DNA of 64,000 bases from assembly GCF_018350175.1 (NCBI RefSeq), contig NC_058373.1, positions 128,092,001 through 128,156,000 on the forward strand, in the 5' to 3' direction. The DNA comes from Felis catus. Lineage: Eukaryota. Both the position numbers and the translations under genes were made by a program. Shown here piece after piece: positions 25,077 to 37,759 of this stretch. Under the pieces are notes generated by a model, which worked only from the letters and a program-made list of their open reading frames with translations, made no database searches and had not been told where the DNA came from. The number at the start of each line of letters is the position of its first letter. Position 1 is the stretch's first letter.

Positions 25077-25307
25077 GAGAAATATTCTGATCTTGTGGAT
25101 CAGGAGGAAGGGATACTAAAATGCTTTATGTATTAGAAATGAATTATTTTACTTTTTTAAAAACATCCTCCTTCAATAAACTACAAGGACCCTGTAGACC
25201 AAGAAACTAAAATTTGCATTTTTTCTGTGTTTCCCTTACTTTGTTCTTTTTGATTTTATAAAATATATTATTGATTATCATTAGCATAAGTGGTAATTAT
25301 AATTGAC

Positions 25308-25420
25308 ATATATATACATACATATATAGATATGATATATACAAATGATATATACAAATGATATATACATGATATATAGACAAATATATACATTTGTATA
25401 CATTACATACAAATATGTAT
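25308..25420. repeat. TA-rich low-complexity tract with tgatatatacaaa units
   Basis: 13-bp unit present about 3-4 times with decay. Confidence 0.85.
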
Positions 25421-25484
25421 TTTTTAAATATTGATAACACTGCTTTCAATAACATCTGTCACATGTTTATCAGTGCAAACCATC

Positions 25485-26141
25485 AGATCCAATGGGTGGT
25501 TATTCCAGGCCTTCCTGTTTTTCCTCCTTCTGGACACTGGGCACAATTAGGCTTTTCTGTTCTCTTCAAATGTCCATGTGCCTTGTTTTGGTCAGTGAAA
25601 TGAGAATAGAAGTAAAAATGTGTATTATTTAAGAACAGAAACTATTGAGCAAGTATGATCCTTCACGTGCCTTTACCCTTTTACCCCTACCACAGCAACC
25701 AATGGCAGTTCAACCAGTGACACGGTGCAGGCTTTACTAGTAAATCTTTGGATAAGACATGAATCAGAGTCCCTTGCCAACTTGAGATGAACGCTTGTTA
25801 AGATGGAGAATTTTTGACCTTTTTTTTTTTTTAACATTCATTTATTTTTGAGACAGGGAGAGACAGAGAATGAACAGGGGAGGGTCAGAGAGAGGGAGAC
25901 ACAGAATCTGAAGCAGGCTCCAGGCTCTGAGCTGTCAGCACAGAGCCCGATGCGGGGCTTGAACTCACGGACCTCAAGATCATGACCTGAGCCGAAGTCG
26001 GCCGTTTAACGACTGAGCCACCCAGGTGCCCCTAACCTTTTTTTTCTTGATAGTTTTCAACATTTTTACTTTAAGCTTCTGAAATTTTGACTTTGTTACT
26101 GTGGCACACTCTAAACCATGCAGTGACCAATGATCAATACA
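25485..26141 (+). mobile_element. Old MLT1 (MLT1I/J-like) LTR interrupted by a CanSINE
   Basis: ccatgtgccttgttttggtcagtgaaatgagaatagaagt...ttaagcttctgaaattttgactttgttactgtggca...aataca. Confidence 0.6.
25820..26032 (-). mobile_element. Feline CanSINE
   Basis: Full length antisense copy with poly-T, ends gagccacccaggtgcccc; TSD acc(t)n. Confidence 0.96.
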
Positions 26142-26955
26142 TTAAAAATTTTTTAAAAAACCTAACTTGATTCAAAATATGTTAATTTAATTCTATGCAA
26201 TTCTACAAATATTAGTTGATGGTTCACTCTGAGCCTTGTGTTCCTCCCCCTTAAGGGCAACAGGCTAGTCTCCCTTTTCATTTTCTCATGTCTATCATTT
26301 TAACATTAATATAGTTTCACACTCAGATAGTTGAGCTAGTTGGGAAATCACCCAAATCATGGCATTTAGAAGAAACACACCAAATTTGGGGGTGAACATG
26401 AGGTAAACATGATGTTTTCTTCATATTTCCAAACTTACTGGGTTACACAACCCAGGGAGATTTTACAGCATTTCAAACCTTTTTCTATCACCTATTTCCA
26501 GTATATTTTCTTCTTTTGAACACTGAGAAAGATTCATTCAAACTGCTAAGCCATACACACAAGGGGAGTTTAGAAATGTGGGCTCCAGAAAGCTCCCATA
26601 TTGCCATCAACTGATCTCACATTTGTTCTGTAGGGCTTGTCTGTTTGTAAAATAATAGAGAATTATTATAAAATAATAGAGGCTTTAGAATTCTCCCCTG
26701 GTTTACTGTTGTTATTATTTCCCTTAACTGTTACCTTTTTAATGTGTCTCCTTTTTTATTTTGTCATTTTGACTCTTTAAATATTTTGCCTTTAATATGC
26801 ATTTAATTTATTAACGTTTCCTTAAAACCCTTATAATTCACTATGCCTGCCCCCCTGTATTCTGTTTATAATTATAATGAAATACAAAGGGCTCCCTAAT
26901 TTTATATAACCTTTCAGGTTTACAATGATACACGATTATAGCATATACTGATTTT

Positions 26956-27182
26956 TTTTATTTTACTTTGTTTTATTTTATTTTTAGTTTATTTACGTAT
27001 TTTGAGAGAGAGAGAGAGCAGGAGCAGGGAAGGCGCAGAGAAAGAGGGAGAAAGAGATAATCCCAAGCAGACTCCTCACGCTGTGCTGAGCTGGACACAG
27101 GGTTTGATCCCACCACCGCAAAATCATGACCTGAACCGAAAATTGAGTCAAACGCTTAATCGACTGAGTCAGCCAGGCGCCC
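26956..27182 (-). mobile_element. CanSINE (older subfamily)
   Basis: TSD catatactgatttt (26942-26955, 27183-27196). Confidence 0.94.
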
Positions 27183-27212
27183 CATATACTGATTTTAAAA
27201 GGAAATAACCAT

Positions 27213-27340
27213 GGGATGTCAGGCTGGCTCAATCAGCAGAGCATGCTACTCTTGATCTCAGGGTTGTGAGTTTGAGCCCCATGTTAGGCTTAGAGATTAC
27301 TTAAATAAAATTTAAAAAATTAAAATTAAAAAAAATTAAA
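27213..27340 (+). mobile_element. Short tRNA-Lys-derived carnivore SINE lacking the (CT)n tract
   Basis: ggctggctcaatcagcagagcatgctactcttgatctcagggttgtgagtttgagccccatgttagg, then tagagattacttaaataaaa and an A tail. Confidence 0.88.
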
Positions 27341-28882
27341 AAGAGGAATAAACTCTGATGACAACATGAAGCTTACTGTAATTAGACAAAACATGAAGGG
27401 GATAAAAAGAACACACCCAAGAACTTTAAATGTCCAGAAATTGGTTCAATTTCACTAAATTTCTGGAATTTTGGATTTTTTCCTTTAATCAAATGTGAGT
27501 TGATAACTTTGTCTCTTATGTCACCAGTCATGTGATGTAAGGCTTCTACAATGGTGAGGCCAAGTTAAAAGGCCAAAAGAGCTGGCAAGTTGACAGAATT
27601 AAACTTCCAAAGAATAAAGAAAGGAAACCTACTGTAACAAAGGCAAGTATATCAAGCTAGGAGATGTGGCACTTAATCCCAGGGATCAAAGAACTGCTTA
27701 GGAATGTGGTGATGAAATGCTGGTCTTCAAAGACAGTTGAACTTGTACCAGATATGCAAACAGAGACAAATGCTTCTGGTATCTCCATGTACATACAATA
27801 GCCAAATTCGAACTTAGAATGTATGTTCCTGAAAATAGGTCCAGGTTGCTCTGAGAAAGAATAACCATGGGGTGAGAATAAGGTTATTTATAATTTTCCT
27901 AAACAATAATCACACGAGACTGATGATTTAACTCAAATTTGCAGGACCAGATATTTGATGTTTCAGGTTCCTTGAATTTTTCTCTGCTGTTAACATTGAA
28001 ACATGAGGGGAAAAAATATGAATTCCATTTTGTAAAAAGTTTTCTGCAGTTATTCCCTCATAAACTGATACAAATTGTCTTCTATTCATTCAGTGCTCAC
28101 ACCCACTAACAATAATCATGTGATTTGAAGCAGTGGCTCATACCAAGGAGGTCAAAACATTTTATATGTATGAGTCAATTCATCACAGGGCCTTACAAAT
28201 AGCCATTAAAAATGAAGTGCCCTACGGAAGTTAAAAACAACATCGCTCAGCCAATACTTTTTGATGTGTGTATGTGTATGTGAATTATTTATATAAGAAA
28301 TTTTTGGTCTCCAGTTCTGATCTTTAGGTTATCGACTTTAAAATGAATATATGATTTCTCCTATACACCATCAGTTTAAAATAAGACCAATTCACAACAT
28401 ATCTCTCATTTATCCTGTCCATTTCCTAAAGCAGAATGAATTCCATTATTCTTTCATACCTCTCTCTTAGACCAATCCTTATCCTTCACTAAACTTTCCA
28501 CCAAATTCCTCAATGTAGTGGCTTTACCGGCAAATGCCTGCAGGACTTTGCCATACTAGATGGGACCCCTTAAAATCTCAGCCTATCATACATTATCAGC
28601 TTTATTAACTCAAGATGCATAACTGCACTACCCAAACTACCAAGGCTCAATTTTACATAGCTATGGAGTGCTAGCGGAGTAGAGGCAAGGTATCTGGACG
28701 TCTAAATGTAGCATCTTTAACTTATCAACAATACACGGCCACATTTGTGTCCTGTGGAATGCTGAATGGTAAGTACATTGTATTTTATTTTCTGTGGTTA
28801 AAAGCAGTTGTTTAAAATCACAAATAAAAGTTTTTTTAAATCACAAATAAAAGTGATTTCGAATTCAAAATTATTATCAGCC

Positions 28883-29048
28883 TTTTTTTTAATATATGAA
28901 ATTTATTGTCAAATTGGTTTCCATGCAACACCCAGTGCTCATCCCAAAAGATGCCCTCTTCAATGCCCATCACCTACCCTTCCCTCCCTCCCACCCCCCC
29001 CATCAACCCTCAGTTTATTCTCAGTTTTTAAGAGTCTCTTATGCTTTG
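28883..29048 (-). mobile_element. Severely 5'-truncated young feline L1 (3' UTR end only)
   Basis: Poly-T then aatatatgaaatttattgtcaaattggtttccatgcaacacccagtgctcatccc; TSD atcagccttttttt / atgagccttttttt. Confidence 0.9.
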
Positions 29049-29168
29049 ATGAGCCTTTTTTTAAAAAGAGATAAAAACCTCATTCCAGTTAGAAAACTAG
29101 TAAGCAAGATAATTATGTTTAATGTCATAGTTAAGAAAAAAATCTGATTAAAAATATATCAGTGTTGA

Positions 29169-29359
29169 GGGTACCTGGGTGGCTTAGCCAATTAAGCATC
29201 CCACTCTTGGTTTCAGCTCAGGTAAAGACCTCATGGTTATGAGATCCAACCCCACGTTGGGCTCCAGGCTGAGAATGGAGCCTGCTTGGTATTCTCTCTC
29301 TCTCTGCCCCTTGCCCACTCACATGGTGTCTCTAAATAAATAAATAAACTTAAAGAAAA
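29169..29359 (+). mobile_element. CanSINE (older)
   Basis: gggtacctgggtggcttagcc head, CT tract, aaataaataaataaa tail. Confidence 0.92.
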
Positions 29360-29371
29360 GTGTGTGTGTGT

Positions 29372-29415
<44 letters not shown>
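29360..29415. repeat. (TG)n microsatellite with one interruption, abutting the SINE tail
   Basis: Read directly from the sequence. Confidence 0.97.
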
Positions 29416-29417
<2 letters not shown>

Positions 29418-30212
29418 AGGTGAGTATAAAGGGAAAAAATATACTTGTTTCATGAACTAACTTAACTAAGGCTTTGAGAACTGACCAGTCTACCGTGAAA
29501 GCAGAATTGGGTGTCTAGGAATTAGAAGCAGCACAATTCCACTTGGAAAGTTCAGGCTAACTAAATTTCCCAATCCCATGGTCATCTAGACCTCTCTGAA
29601 ATAGCTCATTTAAATAAAAGGTTAATGAATGTTAAGATCTATACAACTCATTTGAGATGCAATATCATTTATTTTTCTTTCAGACACTGCTGATCTAATG
29701 GCATGAAATTTAAATTTAGTTAAAATAAATGGTAATGGAATTACATATTTCTAATTAAAGCGATGCACCTAGTAAACCTACATATGCCCCAAATGTTTTC
29801 TTGCAATTGAACTACACTTCCATTAATTAATTTTCATTAATATGAGGTTAGAGAAATGCTATATTTTATTTGCCCTTTCAACACAAACAGAGACCCATGG
29901 TTTACTTCTTTTAAACTGGCATCCTAAGTAATTACATGTTGATTAATCATATATTTGGATCTTTGCAAATGGCTTTTAATAATAGTTTACCAAAATTTTT
30001 AATAACTTTAGTGTTTGAAAGCTCTATAAAAATACTTATTTATTTTCCTTTTTAACAAATAGATTAACTCCCAGAAAACGTAGCAAACAAAAGTTACAAG
30101 AACTTGTTCTAGTCCTATGTCTGAAATCGGTTTCATGGTGTCGACATCATCAAGTGCATTGAATCTCTCCTTAAATCTCCATTTTCTCATTTGTAAAGTG
30201 GAAGAGTCAGAA

Positions 30213-30594
30213 TGTGTGGTAGAGGCTGTTTTGCTGGTCACCATATCCATTTATAATTTCTACGGGGAACAGCTGGGCCGTATTCTCCAGTCTCCCTTGC
30301 ATGAGGCATGATGACATTACTTTATGGCCAAAGACATGTTGGTAGAAATTATGCCAGCCAATTCCCGACAATGCTCATAATTGTTTTTTATGAACAATAT
30401 TCTATCCATTTACCCCTTCCATGGAAAGATCAGAAATGAATTAAAAATGGCAGAACCTAAGACTGAAAAACCCAGGATTTCTTAGATCAGGAACATGCAT
30501 TTTGACCCTAACGTGACTGAGATAAATGACTACTATATATGCTACTTTTTTGGTTTTATTTATTACAGTAGTTACTATTATGCCAACTAATACA
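30213..30594 (+). mobile_element. Old MLT1 (MLT1J-like) LTR
   Basis: Starts tgtgtggtag, internal ttctccagtctcccttgca, ends ttattacagtagtta...actaataca. Confidence 0.6.
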
Positions 30595-30904
30595 GATTGT
30601 GTCAACACGTAGGTCCAAAAATGCTATTATTTTGTCATTCTACGCTACAGTTAAAGATCCAAAGGTTAATGTCCATAGTAGGGAAGAAAAAAATAATTTT
30701 CTTTTCACTTAAATTTCAGAATGTCAGAAATAACTGTATTCTGTATAAAGTGTCTCACCTTCATTAAGTTCATTTATGTCACAATGAAACAAAGCTGTAT
30801 TGGATTTTATAATTTGAAGTCCACACATTTTTCATGTCTGTATCCTTAACCCTTCTCAGGTGATGAGGAAGATAATTTATTTTCAGAAAGAATCTAGACT
30901 AAGA

Positions 30905-31472
30905 GTCCTATTACTTGCCAATTGTTGTGTAACAGATTACTTGCGACAGCAGTAGCTTGAAACAACACAGGCTTATTATCTCATAGTTTCTGTGAGTCCA
31001 GAAGTTATGCATGGCTTAGCTGGTCTTCTATCACAGCCTCTCAGAAGCCAACAATCAAAGTGTCTGCTGAGACTGGGGTCTCTTCCAAAGGCTCAATTAT
31101 ACAAGGATCCACTTCCAAGGTAACTCATGTGGCTATTGGCATTTCCTCAGTTTCTCCAGGGTTGTCAGAAGCAGGGCTTTAGATCTTTTCTGGCTGACGT
31201 CTAGAGTCTGCCCCCCAGTCCTTGGCACATAGACTCTCCCATGTGGCAGCTTGCTCTATCAAACCTGCAGCTGGGAGAGAGAGACACACAGAGTCTGTCA
31301 GCAAGACAAAAGTCACCATCCCTTGTAACCTAATTACAGAAGTGACATTCCCTCAGTATTGCCATATTGTATTGATTAGTCACAAATTATTCAGCGGGAG
31401 AGAATTACACAAAGCTGTAAATATCAAAAGGCAAGATCATTGCAATGGAGCTATCTTGGAGGATACCTGCCA
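30905..31472 (-). mobile_element. MLT1E/F-like MaLR solo LTR
   Basis: ttgttgtgtaacagattac...gcttgaaacaacac...ttattatctcatagtttctgtgagtc...ggatccacttccaag. Confidence 0.85.
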
Positions 31473-32374
31473 GGGATCATTTTTAAAGTCATTTATGATT
31501 ACCCTTCACAAGTAACACAATCAGATGTCACTGCTAGACTCTGGTAAGGGTTTCTTTCTTGTTAGCTTTTCCTATCACCATTAGCCAGATTCTGGAGAAA
31601 AGATAGGAGAAGAACAAGGAAGAAAAAGAAGATGAAGAGAAAGTGTAGGAAGAGAAAAGATAATTTGGAAAAAAAAACACATTGACTTCTATGTACTTCA
31701 CTTTTTATCATGCAGTTGTGTCTATCTGACTCAGCAATGGATGGGTACTACTGTGGATGACAAAGCAATATAAACTCCTGAGAGGGTGCTGGAACAGAGC
31801 TGTCTTAGTAGACTGACAGATTTGTAATGTGAATGCATAATAAGAGTCAGAAATACAAATATCTGTGAAGAGAACAAAAAGTGGCACTTTTAGAGAAATC
31901 AAAAAGCATATGACAGAGCTTATTTAGGGGGACGGTAACAATGCATTAGGTCATGCGAGTTTGGTAGATGATCTTGTCAAGTGATGGTGTGATTTTTTTT
32001 ATTGCTCTAATAAATCTGACTTGATACAACCTATTTTAATGATGAGACCTGACTCGTATGAAATAATAATGCTTAAAATTGATACAGAATTTTATAAACT
32101 GCTTTAATATGCATAATCTTATTTTGTTCTCATAAACCAATCCTCCTCCCAAGATATACAGATTTGTCAAATGATCCCACTCTTGAAAATTCTTCCTTTG
32201 TCTCCTATACCTGGGAGAAAAAAGTCCAGAGTCCTTCGCCTACCTTACAAAACCATCCATGGCTGCCTTACCACTCTCTTGTTTCTTGCTGCACACCTTA
32301 TTCCTCTGTTCTAGCCATTGCAACTACTTATTTCTTGCACATGCCATTTTACAGGCATCCGTGTATGCTCTAAA

Positions 32375-32585
32375 TTACAGTTTGTTAACCTCCACACTAC
32401 TGGCGTTTTGGGCCAGATAATTTTTGTTGTGGATTTGCTGTGCATTGGAGGATGGAAAACAGCATTCTTGGCTTCGACCCACCAGATGTCATCAACAACC
32501 CCACATAGTGTGACTGTGTCTCCAGATGTTACCAAATACCCTTTGAGGAGCAAAATCACCCCCCACCCGCCCTTAACAAACACTG
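32375..32585 (-). mobile_element. MER20 (hAT-Charlie)
   Basis: ttttgggccagataatttttgttgt...tgtctccagatgttaccaaataccctttgaggagcaaaatcacc. Confidence 0.88.
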
Positions 32586-32813
32586 TTCTATTCATTCTAT
32601 TTTCTTGGCCTGGAAAACCCTAATCTTATTTTTACAATTGACTGACTCCAAAATGTTCATTAGAAGTTGCCTCCACTGGGTGTAGTTACTATGGAAAATA
32701 GTATGGAGTGCCCTCAGAAAATTTAAAATGGAAATACCATAAAATCCAGAAATCCCTACTTTGGGGTATATATCCAAGGAAAATGAAAAGATATCCAATT
32801 ATTCACAATAGCC

Positions 32814-32990
32814 NNNNNNNNNNNNNNNNNNNNNNNNNNNNNNNNNNNNNNNNNNNNNNNNNNNNNNNNNNNNNNNNNNNNNNNNNNNNNNNNNNNNNNN
32901 NNNNNNNNNNNNNNNNNNNNNNNNNNNNNNNNNNNNNNNNNNNNNNNNNNNNNNNNNNNNNNNNNNNNNNNNNNNNNNNNNNNNNNNNNN
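32814..32990. other. Assembly gap (177 N)
   Basis: Run of n characters. Confidence 1.
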
Positions 32991-33007
32991 CTTATATGAG
33001 AAAGTAA

Positions 33008-33110
33008 ATGAAGGAAGAAAGGAATGAAGGATGGAAGGAAGGAAGGAAGGAAGGAAGGAAGGAAGGAAGGAAGAATAGGAGGAAGGAAGGGAAGAAGGAA
33101 AGAAGGAAAA
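33008..33110. repeat. (GGAA)n purine-rich microsatellite
   Basis: Read directly; perfect core at about 33033-33072. Confidence 0.95.
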
Positions 33111-34216
33111 AACAAAGAGGTCAATCTCATAGAAGCAGAGACTAGAAAAGTGGTTTCCGGGGGCAGGGGTTATTGGGGGGAGGAATAAAGAAGGTTTAGT
33201 AAAAGGGTACAAACTTTTAGCTAGAACATCAATAGGCCTGAAGATCTAATGTAAAACATGGTGACTGCAGTTGATAACAATGTATTGTGTAATATATTAA
33301 AAAAAAAAAAAGGGAAAAAGTTATCTCCCTTGGAAAACTTCTCTTTATTCCCGCTAGGCTGAATAAGATGTCTTCCTTGGTTTTTACCTCTCTCTGAGTC
33401 CCAAGCCCGCTGCTCAGAAGGATTACTTCTATCTCATTTACATATGCATTAGCTATATGAACATGTCACTCCATCTGTCTCTACTTTTCCTTTTTTACCT
33501 ATAAAATAAGGGTGATAATATAAATAATTCAGTGTCTGGCACAAATTCAATATTCAATATATGCCAATATTATTACTGTTATGAGTTTATTACTTTTTTT
33601 AGGTGAGAAGATGGTGAATTATAGTTCAATAGATGCTATAATATGAACTTATAAATTCAAAGTTAATACCATATTATAGAGACAAATCTAAATAATAACT
33701 GAATTATTCACCATTTCATATTTCTACAGCAACATGTTCACCAAAGAGAAAATCTTTGCTTAATTAAAGGATGACATATATGATTTTGGATATAGATAGA
33801 TTCCATGATCTTCACTGCTGCTAAACTCAGCCCACAGAGATAAAACACCCTACTAGAACATGAAATTTCTTTCTCTATTCATCAACCAGTATTGTGAGAA
33901 GGGTTCAATATGAACTTCTTGAGAGCAAAATATTTATATAAGGCAGCAAAAAGAAAATAAGTGTCCAAACAAACATTAAAAATATCCAGAAATCTGCACC
34001 CTGTGTTAACATACTAAGGAAATTAGTAAAAATACATGCATAGAATAGCAAAACTGTGTAAACGTTCACATAGACAAACTCCTGGAAAAATATGGAGAAT
34101 TCATAAAATATGTGCTGCTTTAAATAAAATTTAAAGACACAGAATAACTTGCCTTTATTGAGAACTCAATAGAGAGTGACCCTTAAGAATAAGCATCCTG
34201 AGATTTACTTTGAAAT

Positions 34217-34217
<1 letters not shown>

Positions 34218-34258
<41 letters not shown>
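34218..34258. repeat. (CA)20 microsatellite
   Basis: Read directly from the sequence. Confidence 0.98.
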
Positions 34259-34260
<2 letters not shown>

Positions 34261-34329
34261 AGACGGACTGGTGGATAGAAGAGAGGGGAGGAGAGAATAG
34301 GGGAGAATAGAACAGGGGTGGATAGATGG

Positions 34330-34831
34330 TGTAATTGGGAGAATAATGTGAAGGTGTGAATGTTACATTACATGGGAAAGGGTTTTTGCAGATGTCATTA
34401 ATTTAAGGATCTTAAAATAGGAAGATGACCTTGGGTTTTCCTGGGTCCAATATTATTAGAAGGTTCCTTAAAAGGTGGAACAATTAAGCAGAAGAGTCAG
34501 GGAAGGAGATGTAACAAGAGAAACAGGGATGGGATTCAGAACAAGGCTTGAGGATCCCTTGCTTCTGAACTTGAAGGTAGAGGAAGGGAGCCATGAGCCA
34601 AAGAATGCAGGTGGCCACTAGTAGCTGCAAAAGACAAGAAGAGAATGGGTTTTCCCTGGAGCCTCCAGAAAGTCATCTGGTGAGAACACAGCCTGCTAAC
34701 ACCTTCATTCTTAGCTTTATGAAACATGTTTTAGCTTTCTGACCTCCAGGTTTATAAGATAATAAATTTGAATTGTCTTAAGCCACTGAATTTGTGGTAA
34801 TTTATTACAACACTAGTAGGAAACTAGTAGG
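34330..34831 (+). mobile_element. MLT1D-like MaLR solo LTR
   Basis: tgtgaatgttacattacatgggaaagggtttttgcagatgtcatta...ttaagccactgaatttgtggtaatttattaca...ggaaacta. Confidence 0.9.
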
Positions 34832-35596
34832 TATGTGCAATAAAGAAAATATAGGCAAGTGTTAAATATAGAACACAGATCACAGGTGTAGGGTCTGTAC
34901 CGTATACTTCCAATTTAGCTGTGTATTTGAAAGTTTTTATGCCAGTGTCTGGAAAAGTGAATACACATGGGATTATACCACAAACATAAAGAAAAAGTGA
35001 TAGCACATTGTGAAAAACCACTCTAAAAACTGGATCGATCAACAGTAATTGATAAAACTGTGTTTTACTAATAAATTTCTATGTAGGTTACTCGTTTTAT
35101 TATAGAGATCAACTTTTCCTTCTCAATTTAATTTCCCTAAATTGATAAAGAAAAGGCCACATTCACATTTCAGATTGTTAGCACTCAATAAGTACTAGCA
35201 GAATCAATGTACATGAATATATACATTTCACCTGGAGTTAAATTATGTTTGGTCTGAGTTGAGGTGAACTCATCTGTAAAGTTAGAAAAGTTACCACCAG
35301 AAACATGAGGTAGGTATGATTCTCTCTGCTACCAAACACTAATTTGAAATTATGAAATGCTCCTTATGTATCACTTCCAATGGAAGTGGTCCAATGCATG
35401 ACTTATCATTCTTGGAAATGGAATGGAGTAGACATCTTGTTATCTTAGGGATTAGGGACACACACCAAAATAGATTAGTTTAACTCATTGTTATTTTAAT
35501 ATGCATGCCAATTAGCTCAGTAGACTTCTTTGTATTCTTGAAATAAAAAACTGCATAAAAATTTTACCATGATTTCTATATATATAAAAAAAGAAA

Positions 35597-36047
35597 TGTT
35601 GACATACCTCTGCAGGAGACACTTAAAGCTTCCTGCCTGTGTTCCCCTGGCATAGTGATCTGACTGCCAACTTCCCAAATCTATGCTATTTTCTGCCTAA
35701 GGTTTCCTTTGGCCACCAGAGCCAGCTCTGCTCAGGGCAGTGTTGACTGGAAAAGGCTGGGAATTAGAACTCCCAGGATAAGTCATTACCCAGTGACACA
35801 GAAAGAGTTTGTGGAAAATAGTCTGGCTCCCTATCTCTCAGGAGGAATACCTGGAGCACAGTTGACTCTGAGTCCCCACTAGGATTAAGTTCCAGTTGTC
35901 TATAGTGGTAATGTACCCCCTAACACTTCCTTAATTGGTTTCATACCATCCTGTGACCTATTTCCCCAACCTTCTACTGGTGATTCCTTTGACTTATCTC
36001 TCGAATAAACTCTAGAATTTCCTCTTTGGGAGAATTCAAATTTAAAA
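35597..36047 (+). mobile_element. LTR16C-like ERVL LTR
   Basis: ggattaagttccagttgtctatagtggtaa...aataaact...ctctttgggagaattcaaa resembles the LTR16 3' end. Confidence 0.7.
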
Positions 36048-36058
36048 GGTTCCCACCC

Positions 36059-36268
36059 GGGGCGCCTGGGTGGCTCAGTCGGTTAAGCGTCCGACTTCGG
36101 CTCAGGTCATGATCTCTCAGTCCGTGAGTTCAAGCCCTGTGTCGGGCTCTGTGCTGACAGCTCGGAGCCTGGAGCCTGCTTCGGATTCTGTGTCTCCCTC
36201 TCTCTCTGGCCCTCCCCCGTTCATGCTCTGTCTCTCTCTGTCTCAAAAATAAATAAACATTTAAAAAA
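36059..36268 (+). mobile_element. Young feline CanSINE
   Basis: Perfect 15-bp TSD aaaaggttcccaccc (36044-36058, 36269-36283) at a TT/AAAA L1 endonuclease site. Confidence 0.97.
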
Positions 36269-37558
36269 AAAAGGTTCCCACCCTCAGAAAAGGAATAAAA
36301 AAAATAGGGCATATTTTAAAAATAAAATTCTGGAAGACTTCATGTACAGTGATAAACTCTGGTTGAAAGTTCATCTAATTGTCTAAAGTATTTTACTCTT
36401 GTCAAAACTATTATACGATACTTAGGTCTTCATCCAAGGAAACTGAGTTTTAAAGCCATCATTCTCTTAGTGCTTAAATATCTGTTAATCAGCAATCCAA
36501 ACCTTTTCAACATCCATCTTGAATTGGCCACTTAACCATATGGCTTGAGCTAACAGAATCCAGTAGAAGAGTTGACTCGGATGGCCTGTGTGCCTGACCT
36601 TAGTGATTTCAGATAATGGTGCTAGAAAATTTCAGACACACAGGGGCAGTGAGTTTTCCACCTGTGCATTTTTGTCCTGGCACAGGTGACAAGAGCAAGT
36701 GAGACAGTTGTGTGATCCCCCTGATACTGATTCCACAAAGTATTGTGCGATGCCACACAACTGGGAATGTAATGATGTTTCTGTGTTTCAACTGTATGGC
36801 CTGTTTCCTATAGCTGGCCCACGCAGAATCAGAATAATTGAATTTCATGGCTCTCTTCAACTTCTGCCTATAGAAAAAGAAGAAAAAGGACGAAAGAAAA
36901 GTCACACTTTCAAATATACTTACCAAAGAGATTTCAATAGTAGAAATTAAATCTGAGAAAATATTGAAGTTTATCAATGGTGAAAATGAACCCAGAGGCA
37001 TCTGCTCTTCCCAGGATCAATTACTAGGTTAATGAGGCTGCCTAATGAATGAAGAATGTCCGTATGCTTTATTGGAGGCCAAAGGGGACCCCGATGCTGT
37101 GCTCCATCAGGAAAATACTGTAGTGGATAGACACAGAAGTCACACATCTAATTCTTAATATCCCAAGAGTAGCCACCATGACTATAGGACGTCACTCATT
37201 TACCCATCGTATTTCCTCAGCCTGATCTTTGACTTACTTTTTAGTTTTGAATTCATGACAGTTGTGACAATAACTAGAGTCGTAGTAAACATTTATAATT
37301 TTAGTCTTGCCAGGTATCCCCCCTTCATCTGGTAAGAAGAACCCAGCTTTCCTTTGGGAGACTTTCCTATATGTCCTTTGTGTGCAGACCCAATAGATTT
37401 GGCAACCAAAAAGAAAAAAAATCCAACTACCTCCCTCCCCTCCCCAAGTTTGTGACTCAAACAAGACAGATGAAATTCTGCTGGAATAACATGGGAAAAT
37501 GGAGACTGGAACTGAGATGAGGAAAATCCAGGAATAAAAGTAAAAACAGGAGGTGCTA

Positions 37559-37759
37559 GGGGTGCCTGGGTGGCTCAGTTGCTTGAATGCCTGACTCTTG
37601 GTTTCCACTAAGGTCATGATCTCATGGTTTATGGGATTCAGCCCCATGTCAGACTCAATGTTGACAAAGTGGAGTATGCTTGGAATTCTCTCTCTCCCTG
37701 TCTGCCCCTCCCCTGCTCATTCTCTCTCTCTCAAAATAAATAAACAAACATTTCAAAAG
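37559..37759 (+). mobile_element. CanSINE
   Basis: TSD aaacaggag(g/a)tgcta. Confidence 0.95.

Larger units (their letters stand above)
32673..33311 (+). mobile_element. L1 3' fragment (L1MA-like) spanning the gap
   Basis: actatggaaaatagtatggag...gggtatatatccaaggaaaatgaaa...attcacaatagcc; ctcatagaagcagagactagaa...aaagggtacaaactttt; A tail. Confidence 0.85.

Noticed and set aside
27213-27290. Possible tRNA-Lys(CTT) gene
   Set aside because: The acceptor and D arms are degenerate, it continues into a SINE-type tagagattacttaaataaaa A tail, and it has no oligo-T terminator. It is a tRNA-derived SINE.
32708-33212. ORFs of 99-137 aa crossing 32814-32990
   Set aside because: They are artefacts of the N gap and the (GGAA)n tract.
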